From a virus (taxonomy: Duplodnaviria > Caudoviricetes): a DNA stretch of 32,259 nt. The notes under the pieces are model-generated. The model searched no databases, was not told where the DNA came from, and worked only from the letters and a program-made list of their open reading frames with translations. This document shows positions 28,229-32,259 of this stretch, piece by piece; the first letter of the stretch is position 1; the number at the start of each line of letters is the position of its first letter. The stretch lies in IMG/VR virus record IMGVR_UViG_3300021368_001285, positions 1-32,259 of that record, one strand, 5' to 3'. Made by a program: the position numbers and the translations under genes.

Positions 28229-29397
28229 TGCAAGCGGCAGTAGTGGGAGCCGGCATCACCGGCATAACAACTGCCTATTACTTGGCCAAAGCAGGATACG
28301 AAGTTACAATATATGATGAACGGAAGTATCCTGCCATGGCAACCTCTTATGCTAACGGCGGACAACTTAGTGCAAGTAACGCAGAGGTTTGGAACAGTTG
28401 GCGTAGCGTCTACAAAGGCATTAAATGGCTTACAAAGAAAGACGCACCACTCAAGGTAAACCCTTGGCCATCTCCAGACAAATACAGTTGGTTCTTTAAT
28501 TTTATAAAGGAGATCCCTAATGCTGATATCAATACACAACGAACTTGTGAAATGGCTCTTGAAGCCCATAACCTTTACAAGCAGATTGCTGAAGAAGAAG
28601 GAATACAGTTCGATAAAGTTGAAAAAGGTATACTTCACATCTACACCGACGAAACCGAATATGAAAATGCTAAAAGAGTAAACGAGGTGTATGCCCGTGC
28701 TGGGCTGAAACGATGGGAAGTAAGTGCTGAAGAATGTTTAAAAATAGAACCAGCATTAGTTCCACCTCCGACTCTATTAGGCGGAATGTATAATGACACA
28801 GACTTCACAGGTGATATACATAAATTTTGTGTTGAACTTCTAAAGGTATTACAAAAAAAGTATAACGTAAAAATGGTTATACGTAAGATTAAAAACCTTG
28901 GAGTTGAATTAAGAGATCACGTAGGCCCAATTGTTGTATGTGCAGGTGTAGAAAGCAAAGCCCTTGCAAAGACAGTAGACGATAACTTACCTATCTATCC
29001 TGTCAAAGGTTATTCTATTACTATACACAAACCTGAAGTAGCACCTTGGACAAGTTTATTAGACGATGGAGCAAAGATCGTTACAAGTAGGCTAGGTGAA
29101 GATAGGCTACGTATCGCAGGTACAGCAGAGTTTAACGGATACAACACTGACATCATTCAAGCTCGAATTAAACCTTTGATAACATGGGCTGAAACAATGT
29201 TTCCTGGTATTAATACAGAAAACATTTCACCGTGGGCAGGACTTCGTCCTATGATGCCCAATATGATGCCAGTGGTGAAGAAAAGTAATAACAACGATAG
29301 AGTGTATTACAATACAGGACATGGTCACCTTGGGTGGACGTTGTCTGCTTATACAGCATCCAATATAGTAGAAAGAATACGTGGTAATAACACATAA
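28228..29397 (+). CDS. dadA: FAD-dependent D-amino acid dehydrogenase
   Basis: VVGAGITG, TSYANGGQLS, YPVKGYSIT, RIAGTAEF, WAGLRPM and NTGHGHLGWT. Confidence 0.9.
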   Translation: MQAAVVGAGITGITTAYYLAKAGYEVTIYDERKYPAMATSYANGGQLSASNAEVWNSWRSVYKGIKWLTKKDAPLKVNPWPSPDKYSWFFNFIKEIPNADINTQRTCEMALEAHNLYKQIAEEEGIQFDKVEKGILHIYTDETEYENAKRVNEVYARAGLKRWEVSAEECLKIEPALVPPPTLLGGMYNDTDFTGDIHKFCVELLKVLQKKYNVKMVIRKIKNLGVELRDHVGPIVVCAGVESKALAKTVDDNLPIYPVKGYSITIHKPEVAPWTSLLDDGAKIVTSRLGEDRLRIAGTAEFNGYNTDIIQARIKPLITWAETMFPGINTENISPWAGLRPMMPNMMPVVKKSNNNDRVYYNTGHGHLGWTLSAYTASNIVERIRGNNT

Positions 29398-29428
29398 ATA
29401 ATTAACTACATAGATAATTGGAGTTAAT

Positions 29429-29665
29429 ATGTTTTGGTTAGATTATACAGTTCAAAGTTTTCCTAATGGTGATTTTATAGTAGAAGGCGAATGGCCTGGC
29501 GAAGTCATGGGTGTAAACAAAGATGGATCAATAAAAGATCATTGGTTATACAAACCTGGAGATGTTTTTGTTGTAGACACACATGGTAGATTAAGAAAGT
29601 CAGATCATTTGAGTACATTAATGATGAAATATGAGCAATCTAAGGTTGACAAAGTAGTAGATTAG
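29429..29665 (+). CDS. Hypothetical phage protein
   Basis: TAAATA at 29395 and GGAG RBS; 78 aa. Confidence 0.7.
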   Translation: MFWLDYTVQSFPNGDFIVEGEWPGEVMGVNKDGSIKDHWLYKPGDVFVVDTHGRLRKSDHLSTLMMKYEQSKVDKVVD

Positions 29666-29676
29666 TGTTATAAATA
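29646..29676 (+). promoter_or_regulatory. tmRNA promoter: sigma70 -35/-10 overlapping a perfect TATAAATA late box
   Basis: TTGACA (29646) - 17 nt - TATAAA (29669); TATAAATA spans 29669-29676. Confidence 0.7.
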
Positions 29677-29680
29677 TAAA

Positions 29681-29977
29681 TGTAACGTTGAAGCAATTCA
29701 AACGCTATACAGGACCCGGGGGCGGTACCCGGCGGCTCCACCATAAACACATCGCAGTTACCAGAGGCTTATAGGTACCGAGCGAGTAAGGCGGACACGG
29801 TGTGTTTATGATGGGGCCGAACTAGGATCGACTGGTAGTTAATAGATGAGTGGAGTTGCCCGGATGTAAGCTCGGTTAACGCGAACAAAACTATAATTGC
29901 AAACGATAATTTTGCACCTGAGTTTGCCCTAGCGGCATGATTCACGGGGTTAGTCCACCTTGTTACCAAACGGCTAG
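29681..29977 (+). ncRNA. ssrA: Circularly permuted two-piece tmRNA, alphaproteobacterial type; tag (A)ANDNFAPEFALAA
   Basis: The acceptor piece ends CCGGG-GGCGGTA-CCCGG-CGGCTCCACCA (29743). A self-complementary intervening segment spans 29744-29812. The coding piece starts GGGGCCGAACTAGGATCGAC (29813). The stem GGGGCCG/CGGCTCC has G3-U70. The tag frame is 29899-29940 ending in TGA. Outer ends are approximate. Confidence 0.95.
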
Positions 29978-30009
29978 AAAAGTGTTGCAGAAATGCAACA
30001 CTTTTTTTT
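29978..30009 (+). terminator. Rho-independent terminator of tmRNA
   Basis: AAAAGTGTTGCA-gaaa-TGCAACACTTTT perfect stem plus T-tract. Confidence 0.92.
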
Positions 30010-30119
30010 GTTTGTGCCTCACAACCTATAGTTTTATTTAAATTTAAAAATAAATAATATCGTGTGCAATAACTCCCACCCCTAGCACATCTAAAAATAT
30101 AAAATAAGGAATAATAAGA

Positions 30120-30518
30120 ATGCGTAGAACATTAATCGCACTGGCAACTCTATTTGCCGCAACAACAGCACATGCTGTAGACTTAGCACCAGGTGTGTCA
30201 TTTGATACAGAAATCAAAGCATGGCACGAAGTAGATGCTGAAAAGAACTACCTTACTATCAATCCAGAAGTAGAGTGGACACCAAATGCAGGTGCTCTTT
30301 CACTTTCAGTTGGCACTGTAATCACAGCATACGAAACTGCTACAACAGGTGACAGTTTCATCTTATTTGATACACTAGACGAAGGCTCACGCCCAAATAT
30401 CGATTTTGGTGCAGAATATGACCTAGGCAATGGTGCAGAACTATTTGGTGAAACTTCATGGGACGTTGACAATAGTGAACGTACAGAAATGAAGGTTGGT
30501 GTATCGTTTACATTCTAA
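30120..30518 (+). CDS. Small outer-membrane beta-barrel protein with a signal peptide
   Basis: Signal peptide MRRTLIALATLFAATTAHA (AxA site); amphipathic beta-strands; C-terminal beta-signal VGVSFTF. Confidence 0.8.
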   Translation: MRRTLIALATLFAATTAHAVDLAPGVSFDTEIKAWHEVDAEKNYLTINPEVEWTPNAGALSLSVGTVITAYETATTGDSFILFDTLDEGSRPNIDFGAEYDLGNGAELFGETSWDVDNSERTEMKVGVSFTF

Positions 30519-30540
30519 TTACAGGATACATCTTTTAACT

Positions 30541-30565
30541 GGGCGGCTTAGGTCGCCCTTTTTTT
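30541..30565 (+). terminator. Rho-independent terminator
   Basis: GGGCGGC-ttag-GTCGCCC followed by a T-tract. Confidence 0.85.
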
Positions 30566-30608
30566 ATGGGCAGATTTAATAAATACACATATAACTTAGG
30601 AGGCTACT

Positions 30609-30749
30609 ATGGCAAGAATAGCAGTGGGTTTCAAGAGTGTTTGGGAACCAACGATTAAAGGAACTTCACAGGGAAGAAAACCTATTACATCTACGATGAA
30701 CAAAAGCAAACGCAGAAGTTATAAAAAGTATAGAGGACAGGGTAAGTAA
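30609..30749 (+). CDS. 46-aa basic protein ending KKYRGQGK (not in the ORF track)
   Basis: Translated by hand: MARIAVGFKSVWEPTIKGTSQGRKPITSTMNKSKRRSYKKYRGQGK. TAAATA at 30580, AGGAGG RBS, and TAATG coupling to the next gene. Confidence 0.85.
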   Translation: MARIAVGFKSVWEPTIKGTSQGRKPITSTMNKSKRRSYKKYRGQGK

Positions 30750-30949
30750 TGTCAGAGTATAAACCAGACGACAAAGGAAAGCTAGAAATAGCACTACGCA
30801 TATTAGGCAATGAATTAGTTGCTTTAAAGATGGAAGTAGATGATTTTAAAATGAAATGGTTAGTATATGGAGTAATAACCATCGTAGCACTTGCATGGGC
30901 TGGAGGAACCTACGGACCTGCATTAGTTGATATGTTTGCGAGTGACTAA
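30749..30949 (+). CDS. Small single-pass membrane protein
   Basis: Hydrophobic WLVYGVITIVALAWAGG; coupled start and stop. Confidence 0.7.
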   Translation: MSEYKPDDKGKLEIALRILGNELVALKMEVDDFKMKWLVYGVITIVALAWAGGTYGPALVDMFASD

Positions 30950-31278
30950 TGTGGCAACGCTTCCGCAAGTGGTTGAACATCGATCACATTGTGGATGTTT
31001 CTGTCGATTTATTTTTAATTTTGTTTGATGTATTAAGTTCGCCTATACTAATTGTTATGCGTTTATTGCGTTATGTTATAGGCAAGTATTTAATGGACGG
31101 TGTAAAAAATAAGATCAAGAAACTATTACATTGGTTACAAACTAAACCGCGTTGGGTAAGTTGGATTGTTATACCAGTGTTGATATATGCAGTGGCCCAC
31201 TTACTTGTGCTGATGTGGATATTTGGACAAGCATTTGGAGAATTTATAATGGATGAATGGGGGAAGAATAATGTATGA
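30949..31278 (+). CDS. Small membrane protein (about 2 TM, holin-like topology)
   Basis: Hydrophobic segments LFLILFDVLSSPILIVM and WIVIPVLIYAVAHLLVLMWIFG separated by a basic loop. Confidence 0.65.
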   Translation: MWQRFRKWLNIDHIVDVSVDLFLILFDVLSSPILIVMRLLRYVIGKYLMDGVKNKIKKLLHWLQTKPRWVSWIVIPVLIYAVAHLLVLMWIFGQAFGEFIMDEWGKNNV

Positions 31279-31705
31279 ATATAAATGTAAAATATTAAGG
31301 GTAGTAGACGGAGACACAGTAGACGTTGATATAGATCTAGGATTTGGTGTCTGGTTAAAGAAAGAACGTGTTCGAATGATGGGTATTGATACTCCAGAAT
31401 CACGAACAAGAGATAAAACAGAAAAAGCATTTGGACTAGCGGCTAAGCAATATGTGAAAGATGCTATGCCAGTTGGAAGTATGCAAGTATTAAAAACTGA
31501 AATAGACAAAAGCGGTGAAGACAAAAAAGGAAAGTTTGGCCGTATTTTAGGAGATTTTTTACTAGATGACAAGCGTTTGACCGATATAATGATAGAATCT
31601 GGACACGCTGTTGCTTATTTCGGTGGCTCAAAAGAAGAAATTCAAATGAAGCACATGGCTAACAGAGAAAAATTATTACGTGAAGGTATTGTTACTTTAC
31701 CATAA
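31271..31705 (+). CDS. Thermonuclease (staphylococcal nuclease-like)
   Basis: RVVDGDT, RVRMMGIDTPE, GKFGRILG and GHAVAY. ATG at 31271 (MYEYKC) preferred. Confidence 0.9.
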   Translation: MYEYKCKILRVVDGDTVDVDIDLGFGVWLKKERVRMMGIDTPESRTRDKTEKAFGLAAKQYVKDAMPVGSMQVLKTEIDKSGEDKKGKFGRILGDFLLDDKRLTDIMIESGHAVAYFGGSKEEIQMKHMANREKLLREGIVTLP

Positions 31706-32259
31706 TGTCGACAGTATGCCCACTACTTTGGAATCACAGTTTCATAAGCACAACAGGGCATGTAAAGCCTTGTTGTCGTTCTAAAGACAATCATTTATCA
31801 CAAGATTGGCACGATGCAGACTTTGGGCAGGGTATTATGTCTGCGGCACACAAAACTGCACGTCAACAAATGCGTCAAGGAGAATGGCCTTCTGCATGTC
31901 AAATTTGTAAAGCACACGAAAAAGAATTTGGTTATAGTGCTAGAACGCAGTACCTAGAAGTTTATGATATAGACTATAATCATGAACCTAGTTATATAGA
32001 AAGCATAGACGTAAAGTTTAACAACATATGTAATTTAGCATGTGTAATGTGCAATACAGAATCGAGTAGCAAAATAAATGATTTTGTACAAGCACACGGA
32101 AAACTATGTCCATCTTCTATGTCAACTTATAAGAACATAGATTGGCAAGAACAAAAAAAGTTAGAATGGTGTAAATCAGTAATATCACAAGGACACTTAA
32201 AAACTTTAAAAACTACAGGTGGAGAACCCTTTGCACAAAAACATTTTTGGCAATTGATA
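31705..32259 (+). CDS. Radical SAM protein with an N-terminal twitch/SPASM domain (3'-truncated; not in the ORF track)
   Basis: Translated by hand: MSTVCPLLWNH...GHVKPCC...CQIC...NICNLACVMC...TGGEPF. Contains CxxxCxxC and GGEP; the frame is open to the window end. Confidence 0.9.
   Translation, partial: MSTVCPLLWNHSFISTTGHVKPCCRSKDNHLSQDWHDADFGQGIMSAAHKTARQQMRQGEWPSACQICKAHEKEFGYSARTQYLEVYDIDYNHEPSYIESIDVKFNNICNLACVMCNTESSSKINDFVQAHGKLCPSSMSTYKNIDWQEQKKLEWCKSVISQGHLKTLKTTGGEPFAQKHFWQLI

Noticed and set aside
29711-29743. tRNA gene or integration-site (att) remnant suggested by the T-arm and CCA end
   Set aside because: There is no anticodon arm, and the matching 5' strand lies downstream (29813) together with a tag frame, so it is part of a permuted tmRNA. 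No integrase or duplicated att sequence was seen.
29769-29969. 66-aa minus-strand ORF
   Set aside because: It is antisense to the tmRNA, has no RBS, and is explained as a shadow ORF.
338-31572. Many minus-strand and alternate-frame ORFs nested in long genes (e.g. 338-721, 3598-4008, 23306-23644, 28090-28638, 31201-31572)
   Set aside because: They fully overlap well-supported genes, lack RBSs, and have the Ser/Val/Ile/Pro-rich composition typical of antisense shadows.
1-32259. Stop-codon reassignment as in some jumbo phages
   Set aside because: Known genes are full-length in the standard code, and TAA, TAG and TGA all terminate genes at sensible positions.
1-32259. Bacterial chromosome origin because of prs, nfu, nrdAB, dadA and ssrA
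   Set aside because: These genes are interspersed with tail fibres, PAAR, head-type proteins and T4-like late boxes, without normal bacterial operon context.

Overview
This window is a gene-dense, AT-rich fragment of a large T4-like or jumbo tailed phage genome, using the standard genetic code and mostly the + strand. The host is probably a (marine) alphaproteobacterium, inferred mainly from a permuted two-piece tmRNA gene with a GGCGGUA T-loop and the tag ANDNFAPEFALAA. From left to right it holds: prs; a minus-strand pair (class-3 lipase, ATP-grasp-like protein); a 7.7 kb late cluster (2441-10140) of probable head/internal proteins, most with an N-terminal Glu-ending leader resembling the T4 capsid-targeting sequence, including a Pol-beta-type nucleotidyltransferase next to a KxDG ligase-like protein and two paralogous, very basic proteins; an Nfu / 2OG-Fe(II) oxygenase / PD-(D/E)XK exonuclease unit; a beta-helix tail protein; nrdA-nrdB-glutaredoxin; a 3252-aa tail fibre with six ~150-aa repeats carrying a phycobiliprotein-like (K)CxRD motif; PAAR; an Hc1-like protein; dadA; tmRNA; a small outer-membrane beta-barrel; a thermonuclease; and a truncated twitch/SPASM-radical SAM gene missed by the ORF track. 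Two promoter classes are visible: sigma70-type TTGAC-N16/17-TATAAT-like sites before host-takeover genes, and TAAATA late-type boxes, mostly before structural genes. All family calls come from motif recognition by eye; no searches were run.
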